Source: Trueperaceae bacterium (GTDB lineage: Bacteria; Deinococcota; Deinococci; Deinococcales; Trueperaceae). From it: a DNA stretch of 64,000 bases. The stretch's first letter is position 1, and every line of letters starts with the position of its first letter. Location of the stretch: positions 1,312,001 to 1,376,000 of the forward strand of contig OZ243927.1 of NCBI GenBank assembly GCA_965213925.1. Reading direction: 5' to 3'. Positions 36,702 through 46,009 of the stretch are shown here, one piece after another. The translations under genes were made by a program, and so were the position numbers. A model generated the notes under the pieces. That model was not told the DNA's origin. It worked only from the letters and a program-made list of their open reading frames with translations, and did no database searches.

Positions 36702-39059
36702 ATGGTCCGTCTTTTCCTCACGCTGCTCCTTGCGGGCGCTGCCTTAGGTGTAACTCAGGCTGCGCCCCTCGCGAACGTCCTGTTGATGAGCCAAACCCAA
36801 TCCTCTCAAGAGGGCGACTCGAGCGAAGCTCAGGACGCTGAAGGCGCACAAGAAGGCGCACAAGAGGACGCCTTAGAAGGGGAAGAAACAGAGGACGAGG
36901 TCACGCAGCCCCCCTCGGACGAGTCGAATGCCACGGGCGGCGTCGGCGCAACGAACCCGACACCTGAGCCTACCGAAGCGGTGCAGAGCGAAGCCGAGGG
37001 CAATACTGACCTCAACCGCAACCCGGTTGACCCCAGCACCTTGGAGTTCTCTATACAGGGTGACACCGCTGTCGCAACGAGTAACGGCAGCCCCATTTGG
37101 CAACTCCCTTTCCCCGAGAATAGCGGCGCGACGCAGGGGCTTTTGGAGTCCGAAGGCGAACTCTACGTCGGGCACGGCAACAGCGTCTTGCGGTTGAACC
37201 CGGAGACGGGCGCGGTCGAGGCCCGCTGGCTGGTGTCGGGTCAGGTCGACAGCGTCGAGCGGGTCAACGAGAACACGGTTTCGATGACCGTCGAGCACGA
37301 GGAGGGTCTCAGCGAACGCTTCACGCTGCGTAACGGCAGCCTGCAAACCCCGGTGCGTTTCGGACTCGAGCCGCAAATTTACGAGTATCTGCAAAATGAA
37401 GCCTTGGTGGATAACCCCGCCGCCCGCTTGGAACAAGACCCCACCAACCCTTGGCTCTACCTCGCGGTAGGACTCGCAGAATCTGACCCGAGCACGGCGC
37501 AAGAAATTTTAACGCAAGGGGTCGAGGTCGCGCAGAGCTTCTACGACCTCGCGGGGCTCGCGCAGGTGTTGGAGGAGAACGGCGAGCGCAACTTAGCGGA
37601 GGAGGCGTTCACAAGGGCTTTAGAGGACTTCGCCGCGAGAGGCTACGACCCGAGGCTCTTAACCGACGTCGGCTTACAAGAAGCGTACAACTTCCCGCTC
37701 AACCCGCTACAAAACGCGGTTGAGAGCGAGAACGTCATCAGCGCAGACTTTTGGGCGGAGAAGCTACTTTTAGCCGCACCTTACGTGCCGGGCGCGAGCA
37801 CCGCGTTCTCCAACTACGCCGACCTCATCGAAGACGAGGTGAGTTTAGAAGAGGTGAGCTATTGGCGAGGTCAGTCGCGGAGCACCGTCACGACGGGGCT
37901 GAGCGGTCTGGACAACCTGGCGGGCTCACTCGGCAACATCGGCTGGTACGCGGCGCTCGCGATGCTCGCCGCCATCTTTCTTTTACACCTCACCCTGCTG
38001 TTCAAATACTGGATTCCGCAGGGGCAAGATATTAAACGGCGGCGCGCCGAGCAGGGCAGGGGAAGCCAAGCGTCGCGGCTTTTGGTGCCGCGCTACTACA
38101 CCATCACCGAAAAGCTCGTGCTGATTCTGATGTTTTTGGTCGTCATTGCGCTCGTCGGCCTAGCGAGTTGGAACGACCGCAGCGCGGGCTTGCCCCTCGC
38201 CACCGAGTCGGGCACGCTCGCCAACCGGCAGGCGCTCGCCTACTTGGAGCGGGCTGACCTGACGGGCGGGCGCGGCGCATTTATCCGCGGCTACGCCGAG
38301 CAGGTCGCAGGCGAAACGAGAGACGCAAGGGAGGAATACGAAACCGCCGCGGGCTACGCGCCCGCGATCAACAACTTGGGTATCCTGACGGAGGACGCCG
38401 ACCTCTTCCAGCAAGCCGTAGACTTAGAACCCAACCTCCCCGAAGCGCGTTATAACCTGGGCGAGCCGCAGAACGAAAACCCTATCTTCCTCTTTCAAGA
38501 GCGCTACCGACCCGACCAAGCGCTCCTCGCCACGCCGAACCAGAACGACTTTCAAAACGCGGTCAGCGGCACCTGGAACGACGCGCTCACAGGCGTTTTT
38601 ACGAGCCCTTGGGCGGACCTGCGGGGCGCGAGACCCGGTCTTTTTACCCCGGTTCTCTGGACGCTTATCCTGATCGCCTTCTTTTTGCTCCTCTTGTTCA
38701 ACGTCGCCTTTCTCTTTTTACCGCGACCTAGAAGTGGGCGCAACGCGCCGCGTACGCTCACCTATCAAGTGCTCGCGGTGCTCGTACCGGGCAGTGGTCT
38801 GGCGGACGAAGCCTGGGGCTTTTTCCTCATCGTGCCGTGGGCCATCGTTATGCTCGACGTGGTAGCGCAGCTCGCGGGTTGGGGCATCGACATGGGCTTT
38901 AGCGAGCGCACCGACTACATCGCGCTGGGTGTCATCTACGCGGTCAACCTCGTCGCCTTTATCATCGAGTACAACTCGTACCGCCGCCGGATGCGGGCGC
39001 TGCAAGCCGAGCAGAACCGCGCGTCGCGCCCGCTCAGCAAAGGGGCTCAGCAGAGCTAG
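36702..39059 (+). CDS. Large exported/membrane protein with acidic N-terminus and TPR-like segments
   Basis: Signal peptide, acidic low-complexity stretch, PAINNLG/EARYNLG TPR-like segments, several TM segments; GGAGG RBS. Confidence 0.8.
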   Translation: MVRLFLTLLLAGAALGVTQAAPLANVLLMSQTQSSQEGDSSEAQDAEGAQEGAQEDALEGEETEDEVTQPPSDESNATGGVGATNPTPEPTEAVQSEAEGNTDLNRNPVDPSTLEFSIQGDTAVATSNGSPIWQLPFPENSGATQGLLESEGELYVGHGNSVLRLNPETGAVEARWLVSGQVDSVERVNENTVSMTVEHEEGLSERFTLRNGSLQTPVRFGLEPQIYEYLQNEALVDNPAARLEQDPTNPWLYLAVGLAESDPSTAQEILTQGVEVAQSFYDLAGLAQVLEENGERNLAEEAFTRALEDFAARGYDPRLLTDVGLQEAYNFPLNPLQNAVESENVISADFWAEKLLLAAPYVPGASTAFSNYADLIEDEVSLEEVSYWRGQSRSTVTTGLSGLDNLAGSLGNIGWYAALAMLAAIFLLHLTLLFKYWIPQGQDIKRRRAEQGRGSQASRLLVPRYYTITEKLVLILMFLVVIALVGLASWNDRSAGLPLATESGTLANRQALAYLERADLTGGRGAFIRGYAEQVAGETRDAREEYETAAGYAPAINNLGILTEDADLFQQAVDLEPNLPEARYNLGEPQNENPIFLFQERYRPDQALLATPNQNDFQNAVSGTWNDALTGVFTSPWADLRGARPGLFTPVLWTLILIAFFLLLLFNVAFLFLPRPRSGRNAPRTLTYQVLAVLVPGSGLADEAWGFFLIVPWAIVMLDVVAQLAGWGIDMGFSERTDYIALGVIYAVNLVAFIIEYNSYRRRMRALQAEQNRASRPLSKGAQQS

Positions 39060-39075
39060 CCCCTGGCAGGTCGTC

Positions 39076-39105
39076 AAAAAGCTTGAGCGAAACCTCAGGC
39101 TTTTT
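39076..39105 (+). terminator. Rho-independent terminator
   Basis: AAAAAGCTTGAG-CGAAAC-CTCAGGCTTTTT, 17 nt after the stop codon. Confidence 0.75.
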
Positions 39106-39214
39106 GCGTTAAGTAGGTGCGTCGAAAGAACCTAAATTAGCAAATGCTAACGAAGCCCGTTCTGAGCGCAAAATTTTCCTCGAGATCGTTCAGATTATCG
39201 AAGGCGAAGTACTT

Positions 39215-39340
39215 ATACGGAATTGCACGGTTTACTTATCCTTACCGAGAGCGTCAGAGCTTTTCAGCGAAGCGCCGAGTTTACGTCCCGTCACAGATGG
39301 GCACGACATAGTTTGCAAACTATGTCGTGCAACCTCGTAT
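39215..39340. repeat. ATAC...GTAT small repeat element (Deinococcus SRE/SNR-like)
   Basis: Ends ATACGGAATTGCAC / GTGCAACCTCGTAT; 30-bp palindrome at 39301-39330; right end shared with 63452-63507. Confidence 0.6.
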
Positions 39341-39577
39341 TAGCTGGACTCGAGTCGCGTCCACATCCGCCGAACATACAGCGTAGCGGAAGCTAGCGGC
39401 GAGAACGCGCGCGCTGCTCTCTACGTTCAACGCTCCACACGCTGCCCCTATTTCTAAACGCAACCAACAGCTCGAGGCTCGCACGGTTCTCAAGTCTTCA
39501 TGATAAGCTCGCCTTGACGACGCGGACGCCGCCCTCCTTTTGGCCACTTCAACGTTCGCCGCGTTGCGAGGGGCGCT

Positions 39578-40453
39578 TTGCTCGAGTTTCTCAAAAATCA
39601 GCCTAAAGCTAATCTCTTCTTGATCAGCCTTGCAGCCATTTCCGCGATTGCGCTGCTCGACGCCCAAATCGCGCAGGATTTGTCCTTTTCGCTCTTCTAC
39701 CTCCTGCCCGTCTTTCTCACCGCTTGGTATCTGGGCCGCGCGGTAGGCGTCCTCACCATCTTGCTCACCGCCGGGCTCTGGACGCTCTCCGACTTCATGT
39801 CGCACGTCTCGACGCCTTTGGCGCTGCTCTGGAACTTGCTGGTGCGCCTCGGGCTGCTCTACGCTTTTACCTATCTGCTGCTCACGCTTAAAGGCGGCTT
39901 GGAGCGCGAGGCGGCGCTCTCGCGCACCGACCCCCTGACGGGCGCAGCGAACGCGCGGGCGTTTTACGAGGTCTTGCAGCGCGAGTTGGAGCGCTCGGAG
40001 CGCTACGAGAGCGTCACGACGGTTGTCTACTTCGACCTCGACAACTTTAAGGCGGTCAACGACCGCTTCGGTCATCAGGTCGGCGACGAGCTGTTGCAGA
40101 GCGTGGTGCGCACGCTGCAGCGCAACGTCCGCGCGGTCGATACCGTCACGCGCATGGGCGGCGACGAGTTCGTTATCCTCATGCCCGAGACCGACCAGCG
40201 CCAGGCGAAGTCCGCCGTCACTAAGCTCCGCACGCTCCTGCTAAACGAGATGCAAGCGCAGCGCTGGCCTGTCACCTTCAGCATCGGCGTCTATACCTTT
40301 CACGAGCCGCCCGAAGACGCCTCGAGCGTGATTCAGCGCGTCGACGCGCTTATGTACGAGGTCAAGCACAGCACTAAAGACGGCGTCAACTTCGCCTCCG
40401 ATGAGCGTGGCGGCGAGGCGAGTGGCGATGACGCTACACCCGGAGCACTCTGA
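39578..40453 (+). CDS. Membrane diguanylate cyclase (GGDEF domain)
   Basis: About 4 TM segments, TDPLTG, DLDNFK.VND.FGH..GD, RMGGDEF. Confidence 0.93.
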   Translation: MLEFLKNQPKANLFLISLAAISAIALLDAQIAQDLSFSLFYLLPVFLTAWYLGRAVGVLTILLTAGLWTLSDFMSHVSTPLALLWNLLVRLGLLYAFTYLLLTLKGGLEREAALSRTDPLTGAANARAFYEVLQRELERSERYESVTTVVYFDLDNFKAVNDRFGHQVGDELLQSVVRTLQRNVRAVDTVTRMGGDEFVILMPETDQRQAKSAVTKLRTLLLNEMQAQRWPVTFSIGVYTFHEPPEDASSVIQRVDALMYEVKHSTKDGVNFASDERGGEASGDDATPGAL

Positions 40454-40455
40454 CG

Positions 40456-41151
40456 CTAGCGCTCGACCTCCAAAGTGACCTTGAGGTTGCCCTTTTTCGT
40501 CTCGCCTAAAACCTCTCGCACGCTAAAGCGACCGAGCCCCTCGGCGTAGACCTCGTCCCCTACGGCGGCGCTGCTCGACTTGCCCGCTGTCTCGCCGTTG
40601 ATGCGCACGCGCCCGCCCGCGACGCCTTTGCTGAAGTACGACCTCGAGACCTTAAAGGCTTTCGCCCCGAGCGCGTCCACGCGCAGTGAGGGCACGACGA
40701 CCATCTGGGATTTGCTGGAGCCCCGCCCCAGATGCGCCGCGTCCACCTCTTGTGGGGTCACACGCTGACCCGCGACGTGCGTCAGCGCTAGAGCGTCCTC
40801 TTTATCAGCGGCGAGCATCACAAACGTCACGCCGTCTTGATGTTCTAAGGCGTCCCCCAACGACCCCTCAGCCACACCCAAGCGACCTAACGCGACGCGC
40901 AACTCGTCCTCCGCCACGCCTTCGTAGTAGACCGCTGCAAACGCCGCACTCGCTTCGGGGATGTGCTCGGGAAACGCCGTCACCACGCGCCGCCGCGCCC
41001 CGGTGTAGCCTCCGTCCGAATGCACGCCCACCCCCGCGTCGCGCAACCTAGCCGCCAAACTCGCCGCGTCATCGGGCTCTAAAAAGGTGGTGCTCTTGAC
41101 CCGTCCGCCGAGTGCCGCTTTGCGTAAAGAGGTCAGCCAGTCCTCAGCCAC
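40456..41151 (-). CDS. YlmH/Sll1252-like S4 RNA-binding protein
   Basis: TFL.P, GGY.GA.RR, SLRVDALGAKAF..SRS, GETKKG; GTG start at 41151. Confidence 0.85.
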   Translation of the reverse strand: MAEDWLTSLRKAALGGRVKSTTFLEPDDAASLAARLRDAGVGVHSDGGYTGARRRVVTAFPEHIPEASAAFAAVYYEGVAEDELRVALGRLGVAEGSLGDALEHQDGVTFVMLAADKEDALALTHVAGQRVTPQEVDAAHLGRGSSKSQMVVVPSLRVDALGAKAFKVSRSYFSKGVAGGRVRINGETAGKSSSAAVGDEVYAEGLGRFSVREVLGETKKGNLKVTLEVER

Positions 41152-41800
41152 CCGTTTCTCCCGCCTCATCGTGACGCACGTCCACCACATCTAAATCTTT
41201 CTCTTTGAGCCGCTCGGGGTAGCCCTGTGCGCCCTCGCCCACCACCCGCACGACCAACTCGCGGCGCTGCCCCTGCTGCACGCCCGCTGTGACCGCCGCG
41301 ATGATGTTCGAGGGTGCCGCCGCCGACGCCGCCTGCGCCAGCACGCCCGGCTCATCGGGTAGATTCACCGTGACGCGCGTGCCCCCCTCGCGCAGCCCCA
41401 GCACCGTCACGAACGCCCGCAGCATGTCGGTAATCGTGAGGATGCCTCGCAGCTCTTCGCCCTCCACGACGGGCAAGCCCGAAATCTTATGCTCCTCCAT
41501 CAGCAGCGCGGCGCGTTCCACCGGGTCGTCGGGGCGCACCGAAATCACGGGCGACTTCATCACCTCGGTGACGCTCAGTTTGCTCAAAAGATAGTTGAGT
41601 TCGTAGACCGACAGCGTCGAGGCTTTCGACGGTGTCGCGTCCTTGAGGTCTCTGTCGGTCACGATGCCGACCAAGTTCTTGCCGTCCACGACGGGTAAAC
41701 GCCGGTAGCCGCCCTCGCGGAGCATCTGCATCGCTTCCATCACGGGGGTTTTGCGCGTCACCGTCTGCGGGTCTTTCGTCATCCACTCCTGTACGAACAT
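41144..41800 (-). CDS. CBS-domain protein (AcuB-like, CBS pair plus ACT-like domain)
   Basis: MFVQEWMT, RRLPVV, GIVTDRDL, PSKASTLSVYEL, DEPGVLA. Confidence 0.9.
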   Translation of the reverse strand: MFVQEWMTKDPQTVTRKTPVMEAMQMLREGGYRRLPVVDGKNLVGIVTDRDLKDATPSKASTLSVYELNYLLSKLSVTEVMKSPVISVRPDDPVERAALLMEEHKISGLPVVEGEELRGILTITDMLRAFVTVLGLREGGTRVTVNLPDEPGVLAQAASAAAPSNIIAAVTAGVQQGQRRELVVRVVGEGAQGYPERLKEKDLDVVDVRHDEAGETGG

Positions 41801-42354
41801 CTAGTCACCTTAGCCCTAAGGCTCCTCTCGTGCGTTATTCAGGGATTGTACCGAGAAATGCTAAGGAACCGCTAACACCAACAGGGCTTCTTTGAACTGA
41901 CCGCTGCCTCAGTCCTTTTTTAACGCGCTATTCATTAACTCTTTAACAAGCCTCAAGTGTGACATTCGTTACGCAATTGAGGTAGGGGTGAGTTGCTATC
42001 GTAACGGCAACGGTACAACTGCAGTGCAGCCATATATAACCGAGCGCCAGGTTGGGGTCGCGCCGTTTGGCCTTTTTAGTGCGCAATACAGATGCGTAAT
42101 GCAGAGGGGAGGCGTTGTGCAGCATCCGAGTCAGTTGAGACAATTTTAACTGAGGCGCTCGGTGACCTCGAGCTAGCAGCCCGGCGGAGCGTGTCGAGCG
42201 AGAGGAGGCAACAGGCGCGTTTCTATCCAAGTGACGAACCCTTTTCATTAAGCGTTCATATAAAGCCGTACACCTTTGATTCTCTGTTACATTGCGCGTA
42301 TTCACACCCGCCGAGAGGCGGCACAACGTGTAAGACACACTACGGGAGGCCAAG

Positions 42355-45300
42355 ATGCAGCGACGTACGAAGCAACATCTCTACCTACTCTTTCCACTTC
42401 TCTTCCTTTTCCTCTTCACCGCCTGCGGCGACTTAGCAGGTTCAAGCATCACGCCTGACTCAGGAGAAAACGTCAGCGACGACTCGGCGGTTCCAACGGG
42501 CGACTTCGGCGTTAGCTTGAACTTCGGCGGTCCTTACCTCAGCGACGCAGACGGAGCAATCACCGACGCCTCGGATGAGCGCGTCATCTCGGTCGACCCC
42601 GGCGGTAGGTTCTTCGTCCAGGTGGACTACGAAGACCCGAGTGGAATTACTGATATTGCGGTGAACTTGGTCAACAGCAGCCCCGAGGATTTAGCGGGAA
42701 TGTTAGACCCCACGCAGAGCTTCTTTACCTTAGGTCAGCCAACAGGTGTTAGTGAGCCTAGTGGGTGTGACCTCTCAGGTAGTCCCACCAGCGTCACCTG
42801 TATCTATGAAGTTCAGGTAGCTGAGGATGCGGTGAACATCTCTGAGTTGGACGGTTCAGGCGATGAGTTTGCTTACGTCTTTCGCACGCAAGTCACCGGT
42901 GCAGAGGGCAACGCCTCGGATGAGGCGGAGCGGGGTTACGTCGTCATCACGGGAGATACGGGCGAGCCGCAGGAGTGCACGAATCCGGTGGAGATTCCGG
43001 ATGAGGGGCTCGAGGAAGCCTTTCGCTTCTCCCTAGATAAGTTCACCGGCACGCTGACCTGCGAGGACTTAGCCGAGGTCACCTCGATTCGCTACGGCGC
43101 GACCGGGGAGCGGGGCAGACGCATCGAGAACTTGGAAGGGTTACAGTTCGCCGTCAATGTGCGGGAGCTGCGCCTCACCAACTTGGGTGTTACTGATTAC
43201 ACGCCGATTGCCAGCCTCGACAAGCTCAAGATACTCAACGTTGTCAACGCTGAAGTTGACGACCTCGACTTTTTAGCAGAGCTGACGCAGCTCACCGACA
43301 TCAACCTCTCGCGCAACGACATCAGCGACCTCGGTCCCTTAGCGAACTTGACGAACCTCAAAGTGCTGATTCTTTCGGGCAACGACATTACCGACATCGG
43401 CGCTGTCACAGGGCTCAGCCAGCTCGTGGTGCTCAGCCTCCTCGCCAACGACGTGACCGATATCACCCCGCTCTTAGACAATCCCGGCTTGGGCGAGGGC
43501 GACCGCGTCAACCTCCTGCGCAACCCGCTCGATATTTGCCCGGACACGGAGACCACAGAGGTTATTGACACCTTGATTGAGCGCGGTGTGAACGTTCAGT
43601 TTGAACCCTCGGAGAACTGTGACGGGAATGGCGGTGGCGGAGACGACGACCAAACCTGCACGAACCCGGTGGAGATTCCTGACGCGGCACTCGAAGCTGC
43701 GGTTCGCGAGGAACTCGGCGAGCCGAGCGGCACGCTGACCTGCGCGGACTTAGCGAACCTAACAGCGCTCAGCGTGTTCTATGACCCGGCTAGGGACGAG
43801 AAGATTCAGAGCTTAGAGGGACTGCAGTTCGCCGTCAACTTGAGGCGGGCGAGCCTTAACCAAAACGCTGTCAGCGACCTCGCGCCGCTCCAAAACCTAC
43901 CCGAGCTAGCAGACCTCGAGGTCTCGAGCAACGAGATAGAGAGCGTTGCGCAGCTCGACACCTTCAGGTCGCTACGTCGGCTTTTTCTCGTCAACAACCA
44001 GATAGATGACCTCAGCGGGTTTGGCGAGGTGTTCCCCAACCTGGAAATCTTGCTTCTGCGGGACAACCCGGTCGAGGACCTCACGCCGCTCCGAACCCTC
44101 ACCGACCTGACCCTCTTGCAGGTGAGCGGTGACTTCAGCGACCTCTCGCCCATAGAGAACCTCACGAACCTCACGAGCTTCGGTGTTCAAGATAGCAACG
44201 TCGCCGACCTCTCACCCTTAGCGGACTTGGAAGATTTGGAGGATTTAGTTCTCGTCAATAACCAGATAAGTGACCTCTCGCCCTTGGGCGGTCTGACGAA
44301 GCTCGTCTTTCTCAACCTCGAGAACAACGATGTCGCTGACCTTGCGCCCTTAGCCGACCTCGCCCGCTTGGAAAGTCTCAACCTTACCGATAACGAGGTG
44401 TCCGACCTCACGCCTCTGGCCGACCTCACCGACCTCAGATTTCTCTACCTCTCCCAAAATAACATCGGCGACCTCGCGCCCCTTACGGGGCTTACCGGAC
44501 TGAAAAACCTCTACCTCGACGACAATCAGATAGACGACTTCGCGCCGCTCATCGAAAATGAGGGGCTGACGGGCGACGACATCGTCAAGTTGGAGGGCAA
44601 CCTCGTCGAAACGTGTCCTGGCACGGCGGGCGCGAGGACCATCGAGGTGCTCGAAGCGCGCATCAGCAACCTCAGCTATGACCCGCCCGTTGACTGCGAA
44701 ACGCAGTCGGCGTGCGCCGACCCGGTCAGCATCCCCGATGAGGTGCTGCGCACTATCATCAGGCAGTTTCTCGAGCTAGGCGCAGACGCGGACATCACCT
44801 GCGACGACCTCACGAACCTCACCTCTATCACCAACGATGTCGACCGCGACGACCCCGACCCTATCATTACAGACCTCGAGGGTTTACAGTACGCCGTCAA
44901 CTTGAGAGAACTGCTCATCCCCGAGAACGGCGTCAGTGACCTTTCTCCCTTGAGCGACCTGCCGATCCTCGCCAGGCTCGATGTCGCGTTCAACGGCGTC
45001 TCCAGCCTTGAACCTTTAGCGGGGTTGACGAACCTGCGGTCGCTACGCACGGGTAACGTCGCGGATTTATCACCGCTCAGCGACCTCACCAAGCTCCTGA
45101 GCTTGACGACCTCGACCTCTGACCCCAGCCCCGAAAACCTCGCGGCGCTCAGCAGCCTCGCCAGTTTGCAGGACCTCGAGCTATCCAACAGCGGCGTGAG
45201 CGACCTATCCTTCGTGCGTCCGCTCGCGAACCTAGAAGACGTCGACTTCACAGGGAACTCGGTCGCAGACCTCTCACCGCTTACAGGGCTCACGAACCTC

Positions 45301-45516
45301 TGCAATGTCCGGCTCGACGACAACGACATCAGGGACATCGGGGCGCTGGTAGAAACGTCGGATAACGGCGGATTCCGCCAAGACTTAGGCTGCGGCGGTC
45401 CTACTATCGAGCTAAGGAAAAACCCGCTCGACCTCGCCCCTGGCTCCCAGGTGCAAGAGGACATCGAGACGCTCAGAAGCCGCGGCGTAACGGTTTTTAC
45501 CCGCATCCGCCAGTAG
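42355..45516 (+). CDS. Internalin-like LRR lipoprotein with three Cys-capped LRR cassettes
   Basis: Lipobox LFTA-C; three C-x-[ND]-PV-x-IPD caps; many LxxLxLxxNxIxDLxPL repeats; GGAGG RBS. Confidence 0.9.
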   Translation: MQRRTKQHLYLLFPLLFLFLFTACGDLAGSSITPDSGENVSDDSAVPTGDFGVSLNFGGPYLSDADGAITDASDERVISVDPGGRFFVQVDYEDPSGITDIAVNLVNSSPEDLAGMLDPTQSFFTLGQPTGVSEPSGCDLSGSPTSVTCIYEVQVAEDAVNISELDGSGDEFAYVFRTQVTGAEGNASDEAERGYVVITGDTGEPQECTNPVEIPDEGLEEAFRFSLDKFTGTLTCEDLAEVTSIRYGATGERGRRIENLEGLQFAVNVRELRLTNLGVTDYTPIASLDKLKILNVVNAEVDDLDFLAELTQLTDINLSRNDISDLGPLANLTNLKVLILSGNDITDIGAVTGLSQLVVLSLLANDVTDITPLLDNPGLGEGDRVNLLRNPLDICPDTETTEVIDTLIERGVNVQFEPSENCDGNGGGGDDDQTCTNPVEIPDAALEAAVREELGEPSGTLTCADLANLTALSVFYDPARDEKIQSLEGLQFAVNLRRASLNQNAVSDLAPLQNLPELADLEVSSNEIESVAQLDTFRSLRRLFLVNNQIDDLSGFGEVFPNLEILLLRDNPVEDLTPLRTLTDLTLLQVSGDFSDLSPIENLTNLTSFGVQDSNVADLSPLADLEDLEDLVLVNNQISDLSPLGGLTKLVFLNLENNDVADLAPLADLARLESLNLTDNEVSDLTPLADLTDLRFLYLSQNNIGDLAPLTGLTGLKNLYLDDNQIDDFAPLIENEGLTGDDIVKLEGNLVETCPGTAGARTIEVLEARISNLSYDPPVDCETQSACADPVSIPDEVLRTIIRQFLELGADADITCDDLTNLTSITNDVDRDDPDPIITDLEGLQYAVNLRELLIPENGVSDLSPLSDLPILARLDVAFNGVSSLEPLAGLTNLRSLRTGNVADLSPLSDLTKLLSLTTSTSDPSPENLAALSSLASLQDLELSNSGVSDLSFVRPLANLEDVDFTGNSVADLSPLTGLTNLCNVRLDDNDIRDIGALVETSDNGGFRQDLGCGGPTIELRKNPLDLAPGSQVQEDIETLRSRGVTVFTRIRQ

Positions 45517-45526
45517 CTGCCACGAA

Positions 45527-45570
45527 ACTCGGTGTAAGGGGAGTGACGCGGACGCCACCCTTACACCGAG
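45527..45570 (+). terminator. Strong hairpin after LRR gene 1
   Basis: 13-bp stem CTCGGTGTAAGGG/CCCTTACACCGAG; a second hairpin AGGGCGGCA/TGCCGCCCT followed by CTTTCTTT near 45623-45650. Confidence 0.55.
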
Positions 45571-46009
45571 CCAAGGTGAGCCCTCGAGAAGCAAAGCTAA
45601 AATCCTTCCCCAACCTCTTTCTAAGGGCGGCACCTGCCGCCCTCTTTCTTTGCCTTCCAGCGCCTTCTCGAGCACCTCTTCCTCGGCTCTCTCACCCTTT
45701 TTCTGCGCCCTTCCCCCGTTTCTTCTCCCCCACCTTTACCTTCTCTTTAACTACGCTCAAACGTGACTTTGGTTACTAGTTTTAGCCACCTGAGACCTGC
45801 TATTTTAGCCGCAACGGTACGCAACCGAATAGCGGCACCAAGACCAGCGTACGCCGGGTTTCATTCTGGCTCACGTGTTTTAGCTCATGTAGCGCGGGGC
45901 TCATGTGGCGTGGGTGGTCTAGCTCAAGGAGGAGAGGAACCTGCGCAGGGGAGTGCAGGTCAGGCACAGCTTAGGGCAGTCAACGACTTACATCTTTTAG
46001 GGGAGAACC

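Noticed and set aside
39320..40075. 251-aa minus-strand ORF
   Set aside because: Antisense shadow of the GGDEF gene, running into a repeat
42039..42163. c-di-AMP or c-di-GMP riboswitch
   Set aside because: The characteristic conserved segments are not recognisable; kept only as an unclassified structure
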